Assembly (NCBI GenBank): GCA_002104945.1
Contig: MCFH01000015.1
Location: 1-64,000, forward strand
Source: Piromyces finnis finn
Taxonomy: Eukaryota > Fungi > Neocallimastigomycota
Reading direction: 5' to 3'
Length of the DNA: 64,000 nucleotides
This document shows positions 46,101-59,493 of the stretch, one piece after another (position 1 is the stretch's first letter; every line of letters begins with the position of its first letter). Below the pieces are notes generated by a model. That model was not told the DNA's origin. It saw nothing but the letters and a program-made list of their open reading frames with translations, and did not search any database. The position numbers were made by a program, and so were the translations under genes.

Positions 46101-47165
46101 AGACATTCATTAAATGCATTAAGTAATGAATACCAAGGTTTTACACCTTTAATAGAAGATAAACCAGATGTTAAAAATACAGATGCATCAATGATAGGAC
46201 AAAATATAAATCCTTGGTCATTACATTGTCTTAATAATCAAATCAATAAAATGGGACAAAGTGATAAAGAGAATCAAAAACCTGAACAATTTATTTTAAT
46301 AGAAGATTTAACGTATGGTATGAAATATCCATGCATTTTAGATTTAAAAATGGGAACACGACAACATGGTGTAGATGCAACCCCACAAAAACGAAAATCC
46401 CAAGAAAAGAAGTGTGAATCAACAACAAGTAAATTATTCGGCGTTCGTATGTGTGGAATGCAAGTTTATAAAACTAATACAAAGACATTTGAATATTCTG
46501 ATAAATATAAAGGTAGAAAGATTGTTGCATCGCATTTTAAAGAAGGACTATTATCGTTTCTTGATAATGGTGAAAAATTACTAGTAGGATTTATACCAAA
46601 AATTGTTGAAAAATTAAAAACATTATATTCTGTGGTAGAACAATTAACAACATCTCGCTTTTATGCTAGTAGTCTTATGTTATTTTATGATGGTGCATGG
46701 GCTGATGAGGAAAATGAATCCAATTCAAATCATAATTTACTTTTAATACACAATTCTGACAATTATCTAGACAGACATAATACTAATAATGAAGATGATC
46801 CAGATTCATACTCAACGGTTCAACGTTGTCTATACAATAAAGAAGTTGTCGTTCATTTAATTGATTTTGCACATTGTACTAATGATGCCCATTTAATGGT
46901 ATCAACAGATCCTAAAAAAAGAGGTGATATAGATATCACTCAACCAGTAATTAACTCCATTACAGGAAAAGAAGAAAATTACATCTTAGTACCGTTCCCC
47001 CCAACACATAAAGGTCCCGATATGGGTTATTTATTAGGCTTAAGAAATTTAATTATGTTTTTTGAAGAAATTTATAAAGACTTTGGCGCTAACGGTCATG
47101 TTTATAAAAAGGATTACCCAGAAATATTTAATAAACAAAATATCAATTCTGAGTTTAAAGAATAG
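43182..47165 (+). CDS. KCS1: Inositol polyphosphate kinase (KCS1/IP6K-like). Main exon about 43560-47165; start probably at ATG 43182 via short upstream exons
   Basis: IPK motifs HQVGGH, FILIEDLT, PCILDLKMGTRQHG, FYASSLM, LIDFAH, and GYLLGLRNL. The track ORF begins at TTG with no in-frame ATG back to TAA 43524. ATGGAGAATAATGATACTAATAAA|GTAATT at 43182 is a plausible first exon. Confidence 0.88.
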
Positions 47166-47493
47166 TCTTTCCCATCACATACTATATATATATATTAAAG
47201 TTTTAGTCGTAAAGTAATGTTTATTATCAAAATTTTAAATAGTTTTTAAAATATGTAAATCAAAACTATTTCATAATTTAATAATTTTTAAATTATGAAT
47301 AAAAATAAATAAATAAATAAAAAATGAAATAAAGAAATAAATAAAATTTATAACTTTTAGTCATTTTAATAAATCTTTTTATTTTAATATTTTCATTAGT
47401 TTACATTAAAAATACTCAATTTTTTATTTATAAAAATTATTATAATTATATGAGAAATTAAATTTAGATATATCATTATTATACAGTTCATTT

Positions 47494-49942
47494 TTAATCT
47501 ACAATTTCAAGATTTCTAATATTAAATATAATAATAATAAAATATTGGAATATTTAATTAGTATTATTAATAAACTATATAAATATTTATATATTTATAT
47601 TTAAAATATACATTTGAGAGAGTTTAGAAAGATTTTCAACAGAATCTGGAATTGGACCCTTTATTTGATTATTACATAAGAATCTAATATATTTTTATTT
47701 AAAAGGTTGATATGGATTATTTTTTTTTTTTTTTTAATTTATTTAAATAGTATTATAATATTATAAATTAATAAAAAATAATTTACAATAAAGAAAGATT
47801 AATTAAATAGCCGATAGAATCTGGGATTTGACCGTTCAAAGAATTTGAATCTAAACGTCTATTTTTATTATATTTACATAATTTAAATGTTAAAAAATAA
47901 AAAAGTACGATATATAATTTTTCTTTTTCAATTATTTGCATAATGACTTACAAATGTGTTAAATTTATTAGATTTCCAATGGAAAATGGAATTGCACCAT
48001 CTAAGTTATTATTATTAAGATAACTAAATATATATATATTATAAAATTATTAATAATAACCTTTAGAGTCATTTTAAATTATGATAATATACTTACAGTC
48101 CAATTAATGTCTTTAATTGACATAAACTTAATGGAATATTACCAGATATCTGATTGTTTTCTATATGTCTAAATATATAAATTAATAATAATAATAAAAA
48201 GTTCAATCAATATAAATATTGATAATAATAAATTAAATATTTCAATATTATTAAATATTTACAATAACGTTAATTTATTTAGACTTCCAATGCTTTTTGG
48301 TATTTCTCCATGTAAAGAATTGTTATTAAGCCATCTAATAATTAATTTATTAAAAATATTATTAATTATTAATTTTATAATTTTTAAATTAATAATTATA
48401 AATGACTTATTTAAAATAAAATAAGTTACAATCTTTCAAGGTTTTGTAGATTGCCAATAGATTCAGGAATAGTTCCATCTAAGCAATTTAAGTTAATTAA
48501 TCTTTTATATATTTGGGTGTTGTTATAAAATATAAAATTAATATTCACTTAGTACTAAATAATCTCTCTTAATAATAATAAATAATATAATTAAACAATT
48601 CTTTACAATGCGGTAAGGTTTTCTAAATCACCAATAGAATTTGGAATATTTCCACTTAATTGATTATTATCTAAACGACTATTGCATTATTATATAATTA
48701 TATAGTATTAATAAATTAAAAATAATAAAAAAAAAATTAATCCAATAAATATTTTTAGTATTTATTACATTAAATTCAAATTCTTTAATTTTCCTATTGA
48801 GCTTGGAATTTCACCGTGTAATTGATTAAGGTTAAGCCATCTTTATTTTTTTTATTTTAAATAAAAAAATATTATGAAATAAATAATAAATAAGTATTAG
48901 TAAAAAAAAAACATATTGAATTGCATTATGAGATATAAAAAAAAATAGTTACAATCTATTCAAATTTTTCATTTGGCCAATTGTTTCAGGAATTTCATCA
49001 CTTAAATGATTAATATTCAATAATCTTTTATATTAAATTATTTTAGTAATGTTAGAAAAGATTAAGTTGTCATATAATTGATATAATTTGGCATTTTTTT
49101 TATACTACAAGTATAATTTTTAAACTTACAATCCATTAAGTTTTTTCAAATTACCAATGGAAGGTGGTATACTACCGTCAATTTCGTTATTATCTAAACG
49201 TCTATATTAAAAATAATGATAATGTTTTAACCATTGTTATTATTATTTTTTTCATTAAAAATTAATAATTTTAATTGTCCTACAATTCTGTTAGATTTTC
49301 AAGTTTTCCTAAAGTATCTGGTAATGGTCCAACAAATTTATTGTTTTGCATAGAACTTTTTTTTTATAAAGTATTATAAACAATATATTAATATTTTTAT
49401 ATGTATTATTGATCCTATACTATTTAATTAATTACATGATAGTAAGTTCATATAAATTGCCAATGGATTTTGGAATAACACCTGTTAATTGATTGTTTCT
49501 TAAATATCTATTTTTTAAAAAAATGGGTTTTTTTTTTTTTTTTTTTTTAAAATTTATATTTAGAAAAAATATAAATTGCATAATATGTATATAATTATTT
49601 AAAATAATAAAGTTAATAAATAGGTATTCCATACAATTCTGTTAAATTTCTTAATTCTCCAATTTCTTCTGGGATTTTACCGCACAATTGGTTTTCTTCC
49701 AAATGCCTTTAATATATAAAAATTAACAGAATTGTTATATTAATATAAACATAAAAAGTATAATAAAAATATATTTTTTGCATACAATAATCTTAGATTC
49801 TTTAATTTTCCAATAGTAGCTGGAATAATTCCTGAAAGTTGATTGAAATTAAGCCATCTATTTTTTATAATGTTATGAAAATCCGTTATGTTATTAATAT
49901 TATTTTATATTTTTATCTAAATTAATATAATATTATATTTCG

Positions 49943-49973
<31 letters not shown>

Positions 49974-52900
49974 TACAATCTATTTAAATTTGATAAGTTT
50001 CCAATTGAAGCAGGAATCTTTCCTTCAAATTTATTAATATTTAAAAGTCTATATAAATAAAATATAATTTTATATTGTTAAAAAATAAAATTTTCCCTTT
50101 TTAATATTCAATATATGAAATAATAATATGAAAATGCCTACAATCCATTCAAGTTTACCAAATTTCCAATTGATTCTGGAATTTCTCCACTTAATTGATT
50201 ATTATCGACACGGCTGTAGCATTTAAAAAACAGATATAATATATAATATAATTAATAAAATGTATTTATTTCATTATTATTAACATTATAATATTAATAT
50301 ATATAAATATCTTACAATTCAGTTAAATTAATTAATTGACCTATAGAAGGTGGTAATTTTCCAGAAAGTTGATTATTATGAATATACCTATTATCAAGTT
50401 ATTAATTCAATTCATTAAAATGAATTTTTTATATTTCATTATTATTGTAATATGCTATTAAATAAATTTACAATCCAGTTAATTTCGATAAACATCCAAT
50501 CCATTGTGGAATACTTCCATTTAATTGATTATTTTCCAAGTGTCTATATACCAAGATTTTTTTTTTTTTTAGAAAATTAAAATTAATAAATAATTAAATA
50601 GTAATAATGTATTTTTTTAAAATTATTATTATTATTATTTCTACATACAAAATAGTAAGGTTTTTAAGTAATGAGAAATTATCTGGAATATGACCCTCTA
50701 ATTGATTAACATTTAACCATCTTTCAAAGAAGAAGAAAAATTTTAATTTCAAGATTAATAATATTACTTGATTAATATATTATTATATCTATTTTATCAA
50801 TAATTTAATATAATTAAATATTTCATTATGAATACTACTAACAATCTTTCTAGATTACTAAGATTTCCAATAGATGGAGGAATTGAACCTTTAAGTTTAT
50901 TGATATTAATTAACCTAATAAAAAAATTGATTGATTTAATTTAGAATAAATTGGCCTTATTAAATTTATTAAAGAATTAAAAAAAATTATAATTTAATAG
51001 TTTTTTAAATATTTACAATCCAGTTAAATTTCTTAATTTTCCAATACTTGCAGGGATAGCCCCAGTTAATTGATTATTATCGAGACGACTATTGATATAT
51101 ATTTATTTAATGATGCATTATCATTATAATATTTAATATTTATAATTAATATTTATAAATAAACAATTGAATAATAAAATAAATGTATTTAAAAATTACA
51201 GCAAAGTAAGATTAGATAAATTTCCAATTGAAGAAGGAATCTTTCCACTTAGCATATTATTATTTAACCATCTGTTAATTTTATTATAATATACAAAAAA
51301 AAATTAATACTATTAATAAAATATAAAATAAATAATTATATTTAATTCATACAATCTCAATAAGCTTGTCATATTTCCTATGGTACTTGGAATACTTCCA
51401 GAAAGTTTATTTACATTTAAACATCTATATTATTTATTTTTTAATATGCACATAATTAAATATATAAATAAATTATATATATATTTTTTAAAAATTTATT
51501 TATAATTTTTAAATAATTAAAAATTAATAATTACAATAAAGTTAAGTTTCTCATATTTCCTATAGATACCGGAATTTCACCTTCAATCATATTTGTATCC
51601 ACACGTCTAATATTTATAAAAAAAAACTAATCAGTATTTGATTATGGCTATTTAAAATTTCAAAAACTATGAAAAGTTATTACAATTCTTGAAGATTAAC
51701 CAAATTTCCAATATTTTCTGGTAATTTACCATTTAATAAATTATTTCTTATATATCTGTAATTAGTATAATAAGTAAATTTATGTTAACATTTAGCATAC
51801 TATAACAGCCACATATAAAAAAAATGAAATACTATTAAATATTATTTACAATCCTGTTAATGATGTTAATGAGCATATTTCATTTGGAATACTACCACAT
51901 AATTGATTATCTTCAAGATGTCTATTATTAAAGACCATTATATTATTAATAATTACTCATTTATTTCATTATATTAAATTAGTTATAAAATTTTTAATGT
52001 AATTACAAAATCTTGGCTTCCTTAAGATTTCCAATAGATTTTGGAATATGACCAGTAATATGATTAAAGTTAATCCATCTTATTATATATTTATAACAAA
52101 TTGTTTGTTAGTAATACTACAATATATAGTTAAATAGAAAAAAAAAAAGACTTAATATAATTACAATTCTGTTAATTGCTCTAATTGACCAATAGAATCT
52201 GGAATTCTTCCAGAAAGTTGATTATTATTTAAATATCTAAATAATATATAAAAATGGTATAACTTAATATATATTTTTTGCTTATAATTTCATTACATTT
52301 ACAATTATATATTCTTTACAATCCATTAAGATTTTTTAATTGTCCGATTTCTGATGGAATAATTCCTTCAATCTCGTTATTTTCTAAATGACTATTACAT
52401 ATATAATATATTCATTAATATATAAATTACAATTTATTTTCTAATTTTTTCATTAAAAGTTTAATATATTAAATTATCCATACATAAATTTTAAACTTTC
52501 CATTTCAGCAATTCTTTCCGGAATAGCACCGCTTATTCTATTATTACTTATCCATCTTTTAAAATATAAATGAATATATCAATAAAAATGAATTAAATTT
52601 ATTATATATAATAATTAATGATTTATATTTACAGTTCAGCTAATTTTTTTAAATTTCCAATAGAACTTGGAATGGTTCCATTTAATTGATTAATGTTAAG
52701 AATTCTAAATTTCCATGGTAAAATATATTATTAATAATTATTAACTATTTTCATAATAAATTTATGATAAGGGATAATAATAATTATATTCTTACAAAAT
52801 TATTAAATTGCTAAGATTTCCAATGGATTCTGGAATTGATCCAGTTAATTGATTATTATCAAGTCGCCTAATTTTTATTTATAACACTTTTATTAATAAT

Positions 52901-53653
52901 CCATTTTTTATATTAAAAATTTTTAAAAATTTTAAAAATTCTTACAATTGTAAAATATTTTCCAAGTTTCCGATAGAATCTGGTATTGAGTCTTTCAATG
53001 AGTTGTTATTTAAATATCTTTATATTATATACAGAAAAAAGTTATTCACATGTTTGTTTATTAATATTATTTTAGTATATAGTAAATATTATTTTTCTTA
53101 CAATCCAATTAATTTTTGTAATTCACCAATAGATTCCGGAATTGCTCCATCTAAATAATTATTATCTAAATGCCTATATAAATATATATGAATCAATATA
53201 ATTGAACCATACTACGATAAGTTATATTTTAAGTTTGAACAAATTACATCAAGTATAGATTTTTGAGATTTCCAATCGAATTTGGTATCATTCCTGAAAG
53301 CTTATTATTATTTAATCCACTTTTGAAAAGAAAATTAAAAAATTAATTTATTGGATATAAATCATTAATTGTATTATAAGAATTACTTACATAACTCTTA
53401 AATTAACTAAATTTCCTATATTCTCTGGTATATTTCCAACAAATTCATTATGATCCAAACGTCTATTAAAAATATATATAAATATAAAGGTATAATTAGT
53501 TATAATAAATACATTAAATAATTGTATTTATCTATTAATATATTTTTCATAATAATTACAATTTTTTCAATTCAACTAATTGGCAGATTTCATTTGGAAT
53601 GATGTGGCTTAAGGAATTATTATTTAACCATCTTTTTAGATAAAAATAATATA

Positions 53654-53684
<31 letters not shown>

Positions 53685-56600
53685 TTAAAAAATATGCTTA
53701 TTTATTATTATAGTAAAAAGTAATAAAATATTTTACAATCTTCTTAAGCTTCTTAAATTTCCAATTGATTTTGGAATAGATCCAACGATATGATTTTGAT
53801 TTAAATATAATCTTTTTAAATTAGTTAATTTTCCAATAGAATCAGGAATACATCCGGTTAACATATTTTTATCTATTTTTCTTTTTATTTTTTATATATT
53901 ACAATATTAGTAATTAATTAATCCTTAAAAATATGTTGTAGTATATTATATACTAACAAGACTTCAATATTAATTAAATTATCAATATTCTTTGGAATTT
54001 CACCAGTTAATTCATTATCAGATAAATATCTATTATAAAAAATAATATTAAATTTAATATTATAAATAATAGATTTATTATAGTATATTTTTGTTTGAAA
54101 AATTAATTTACAATTCTTTTAAAGAATATAAATTTGAAAGTGTTGCTGGTATTTCACCACTGAATCTATTATTTTCCATTTGTCTATATTAATTATTTAT
54201 TTTAAAAAAAATTATTATAATTAATATATAATTATTTTAGTATTTATATTTTTTATATTTTTTTGTATGTATTCAAAATATTTATATGTATAACATTTAC
54301 AAAATAGTTAATTTTTTAAGATTCTCTATGCCTTCAGGAATTTGACCTGAAAGATAATTATTATCCAAATATCTACCAAAGCAATAATACATTTTGTTAA
54401 TTAATATAATACAAAACTATTTTTATATATAATATATATAATAAATTAATTAAAAGAATAAGTACAATTCCTTTAAAGAATGTAAGTTTTCAATGGATGA
54501 TGGAAGTCTTCCCTCTAACATATTATTACCTAAATGACTAAATTGTTAAAGTAATTAATGATTTATTAATATTATTTTATTAAATAATAAAAAAAGTTTT
54601 AATTGCGTACAGAATTTCTAAATATTTCATGTTTCCAATAAATTCTGGAATTCTTCCTTCAAGACGATTATAACTCAAATATCTAAAAATATAATATATT
54701 TTATATTTTAAATATTTTTCATTAAAATATTCAACCTTTTTTTATACTATTATATTACAATTCTTTTAGGTTATTTAAATCTTTTAAAGCATCTGGGATT
54801 GATCCTCTCAATTTACAATTAGTTAATGTGCTAAAAAAGTATTTATAATAAGATAAAAATTTTAATAAATATGATATATATTTATAATATTGATACTACT
54901 ATAATTACATTTTTGAAATATTTTTAATTAAAGATATTGATGATGGAATCTTAAAATCATATTTTATGAAGAATGGATCGATATTTTCGGATATACTGTT
55001 AATATTACTATTTTAATTTTTATCATTATATCAATATAATTAGTTAGGAAAAAAAATTAATAATATTGGAATTAATAATTTTTTAAAAATAATTACATTT
55101 CATCATTAGTTGCATATTGTTTAATAATGCTGTTTGGTATATAATTATAATAATAATAAACGTCATTAGTCATTTATATAAATATTCATATACGATCATA
55201 AATATTATTTTACAAACATATGCAAATGCAAATATATATGTATATATTTACTTTAATGTTAATCTTGGATTTATAACTAAATTATTATTTTTTTTTGTAT
55301 TTATAGAGAAATATTCTATTAAAGAATCAACATTTTCTACAGTTAAAAAGTGCTTAGAATTTGAATTTACTAATTCATAACTTTCATTGTGGGAATTGAC
55401 GATATCCTGTTTATCTTTTACATAAACAATAAAAATTTTGTCATTAGATTTTTGAATTAACTTTGACTCCATCATTCTGATATTTGCTTGGGTCATTTCA
55501 ATGTTTGATATTATCCATGTATTTAATGGATTTTTATTATTTGATTTATTTATAAGGTTCTCGCTATTAGTAATAAGAGTATTGAAATCAATATTTTCAT
55601 AATCCATTGAATAAATATCAAAATTTGATAGTTCGTTGAAGTAATCTAACTTATTACAAGTGAAACCAATATCAAGATTTTTATTTATATTTGTGATTAA
55701 TGCTATTCTATTACTAGTATCATTTGAATAACATTCACCAATAACTGCAGGCATTAACGTTAAATTTTGATCATATTCACTATCCCAATATAAGACAATT
55801 AATATATCTGTATTTATAGCATCTGGATTAATTAACATTTTTTGGTTACGATTAATTTCAGTTAAATCTTTAATCATTTTATTCATCATATGAAGAAATA
55901 GAATATCTCTATTCATATGCTTTTTAAATTTCTTAATTTTTAATGCATCTAAATAGCATTCATTATTATCATTTATACTAAATAGTTCATAGGATGACGT
56001 AGTGAAAATTGGATACATCGAAAATTCGCTTATAATATTCATGAAAACAATATCTTCCTTTGAATCATTTACTTCTGTTAAAGATGAATCAGAACCAGAA
56101 TTATTTAAATAATTGTCTAATATAATATAAGTTGGTCTTCCTTGTTTTGCAACAGTATCAGCAATTTCTTTATAGGTTTTCAAAATTTCATGATCATCAT
56201 TTGCAATTTTTGGAATTAAAATAACTACTGCGTTTATATATTGTTTATTATTTACAGGAATATCGTTATTGTAAATAGAATAAGAATTCATACTTTGCAT
56301 AGTTTCATCTAAATTATATGTATTAATTGAATTCCAAAGTTTATTATAGTCATCTGATGTTGGTTTCTTAGTGAGATGAATAATACTATCATCATTAGGA
56401 AAATAACCGTTGATAATATATTTTAACACTTCTTTATTGTCATTTTGAGATGAACTAATATGATTGTAATTTTTATTATAAAACATTCTTATATTTAATG
56501 GCCATTGTTCATTATTTAAAAAATTTTCTGAAAAACTTTTTTCAATAGTTTCATCATTTGATAAATCTATTTTATTAATATTATAATTCTCAAATAATAA

Positions 56601-57257
56601 CTTCATACTAGTTACTAAATTTTTTGAATTTTCTAAAGAAGGACCAAGTAACATTATATTAAATATTTCATTTGTTTTATTAATTTTTAAAAAATCTTTA
56701 ATGAAAAAGTCAGATGTTACGTTAAATAAAGTTGGATAACTCTTTATCAGAGTTCCTTGATTATTATTATTGCTAATTAATCTTATAGAAATATTGTTTG
56801 GTAAATTATCTATCAAATTTTCAATAGCATATACACAATCAGATGAAGTATCATAATTATCTAAATTTAAATACTTATCACATATTGTTAAATTTACTTC
56901 TTTAACAATAACTTCATTAATTTGAATTGAACTGATTACAAAAGAATATGTATTAAAATAATTTTCACTACTAATTATGCATTTAACATTGCTTATCTCT
57001 TCAAAACAATCATTTAAAATGGTAATATAGGCTTTGACATTTTGACCTATTCCATTATAATGTTTTGCAAAAGAGAATTCAACTTTTAAATAATTATTAT
57101 TTTGTGGACAATCTTCTATATCATTTGGTTCTAATTTTACAAAAGAATATAATGAATTTTCATTTTCAATATTATTTGTAACTATTGAATTATCAATATT
57201 TAAACTGTGAGCGATTAAATCATCGACAATAAAATGACTCTCATTAAAGTTGTTCAT
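47494..57257 (-). CDS. Predicted ~1,800-aa intracellular LRR protein: exon 1 (57257-55252), linker exons (55129-55097, 55007-54909), 44 LRR exons (54830-47612), and a tentative last exon (47515-47494)
   Basis: Each LRR exon translates to a 24-aa xLxxNxLxGxIPxxIGNLxxLxxL repeat, e.g. 47787-47858 RLDSNSLNGQIPDSIGYLINLSLL and 54759-54830 TLTNCKLRGSIPDALKDLNNLKEL. All are flanked by AG/GT in phase 2. The exon-1 donor AA|GTAAAT is also phase 2. The LRR array itself is very secure; the join to exon 1 and the last exon are predictions. Confidence 0.85.
47612..54830 (-). repeat. Exon-intron tandem array: 43 exons of 72 nt plus one of 144 nt (45 LRRs), average period about 164 nt
   Basis: Counted exon by exon. 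On the + strand each unit appears as ..tac-aat....ccaat....ggaat....att(a/g)tt....ct.., separated by AT-rich introns of roughly 70-130 nt. Confidence 0.95.
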
Positions 57258-58259
57258 CTTTAATTAAAATTTGTTGTTTAATATTTATTTACAATAAAAA
57301 ATAGAATAATGAAATATTACAATACAATAAAGCTATTAAATATAACTTACTAATTACAAATATAATAAATATATATATATAAAAAACCAAAATTATTTAT
57401 TTATTAAAAAAAGAGAAAAAAAGATTTTTTATATTATATATTATATATAATAATAATTATAATTTGATTTTTAGAATTATTTAAAAATTTTATTATTAGT
57501 TTTTAGTTATTATAAAGGAATATTTATCTTTTTAGCCTTTTTTTTTTTAGCTTAAATATAATAATATTTAATTATTTAAATATTTTGTTATATTTAAATC
57601 GGAAATTTAAAGTTTATATATATAGTAAAATTTATATAAATATAAATAAAAATTTTTATAATTAAATATTATCCAATGAATTTAAAGATTCAATTAAATA
57701 ATTTCAAAATGCAATAACATCCATCATAGATAATAAATAATACAAAAAAAGGTTGTTTTTTTTTCTTCTTTTAATCTGTACTATTTAATTTAATTATTTA
57801 TTCTTCTTCTTTATTATTTTTATAATAAAAATAAAAATTTTATTGCTTATTCTTTATTTTTTTTATTATTGTTTTATTATTATTTTTATATATAATTTAA
57901 TTAATTGTACATGTATATTGATCTTTTTAATTAAAGATCATGATAAAAAAAAGATATTAGCTCCAGTTAATAAAGGTGAAATTAAACTATTTTAAAATAT
58001 TAAAATTAAAGGAATGAAATAATATTATAATTCATAAAAAAAGAAATATTAATAGTATTTTATCATATACATATATACTTAAATAAAAAGTATAGATTTA
58101 AGATGTTTTCAAATAAATTATACAGAAAAAAATATATAATATTATTATTACAATAAATTTACTATTTTTCATTATGCATATGTATAAATAAAGAATTAAC
58201 TACGTATCGAAATGGAATAAATAAGCAAATAAGAATAAGTGAAACTTTTATTTATGTAT

Positions 58260-58310
<51 letters not shown>

Positions 58311-59493
58311 TATACTCAAAACATAATTTAAATTTAGAATTTTTGAAATTTTAAGTATTTTTATATTAACACCTTTGATATATACAGGAAAATATTAAAT
58401 TAGAAACAATATAATTATATATAAAAAATTGAAAATGATATAGTTGTTAAATAAGCATATTGAATTAAGTCTTAATAATAATAATTGAATAACAATTTAT
58501 ACCAAATTTGAAATTTGAATTGAAAATTACTAAAATAGATTTTATAAATCATAATAAAATATTAAAACCAAAAAAAAAAAGTATATGTTATAAAAAGCTA
58601 ATCCCTTATATAAAATATAGAAAATAGAATTGAATTATAAAAACTTTAAGATTTTATTATCATATAATTTATAAAAACAATAGACGATATGCACATAATA
58701 TCTATATATTTTTAATCTTCTTTATTGAAATATTTCTATATCATTTATAAAAATAAAAGTATTCTCAAAACTTTAAATAAATTTAAAATTAATTTTATCC
58801 AATAGATTTGGAGATTCAATTTAATTACATTTCCATATTTGTATAATTTTTAAATTTTAAAATTTTTCCTGACAGGGCCAAAAATAATTTTTTGAGAATC
58901 AATGAATTTTTGTATACTAATAAAATAAAAAAAAAAATAATAATAACTTATATATTAAATTTAAATTAAATTAAAGTAAAAAATGATACTTCAAACTTTT
59001 TTTTTATTATTTCATTTCATTTAATTTCAATCAATTAATAACAATCAAAAAGATAAAAAAAAAAAAAATAGGAAGAATAAGAATAAAACTTAATTTTATA
59101 AATATTTCAAAACAGTTCATATAGCATATAGTAAATGATTACGATCACTAAATATTAAAAATAGCAATAAAATATTCAAATTACAATGACAATTAAATTT
59201 TGAATTATATTTTAAATACTTAAATATACACCCACATTCTTATTTTATATTACAGCTACTTATTAAAGCATTAATTTAAAATTATCTGTAAAGCTAAATT
59301 TTTTCAATTGAACTATCCATTTTTTTTCATCACTCTCTTAAATATTACATAACCGTATTCTTCATCTCTTCATTATTATATATATTTATACTTCCAATGA
59401 ATAAAAAAATTTATTAAATACATAATAAAATATTAATCAAAGAAATCAAGAAATTTACTTTAATAATAATCTATAAATTATATTAATTTTAAA

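Noticed and set aside
47612-54830. CRISPR-like or satellite interpretation of the regularly spaced repeats
   Set aside because: The repeating units are divergent at DNA level but conserved as LRR peptides with GT-AG boundaries, so they are exons.
57918-57941. Short inverted repeat TGATCTTT...AAAGATCA between the LRR and kinesin genes
   Set aside because: 8-bp arms are expected by chance in DNA this AT-rich.
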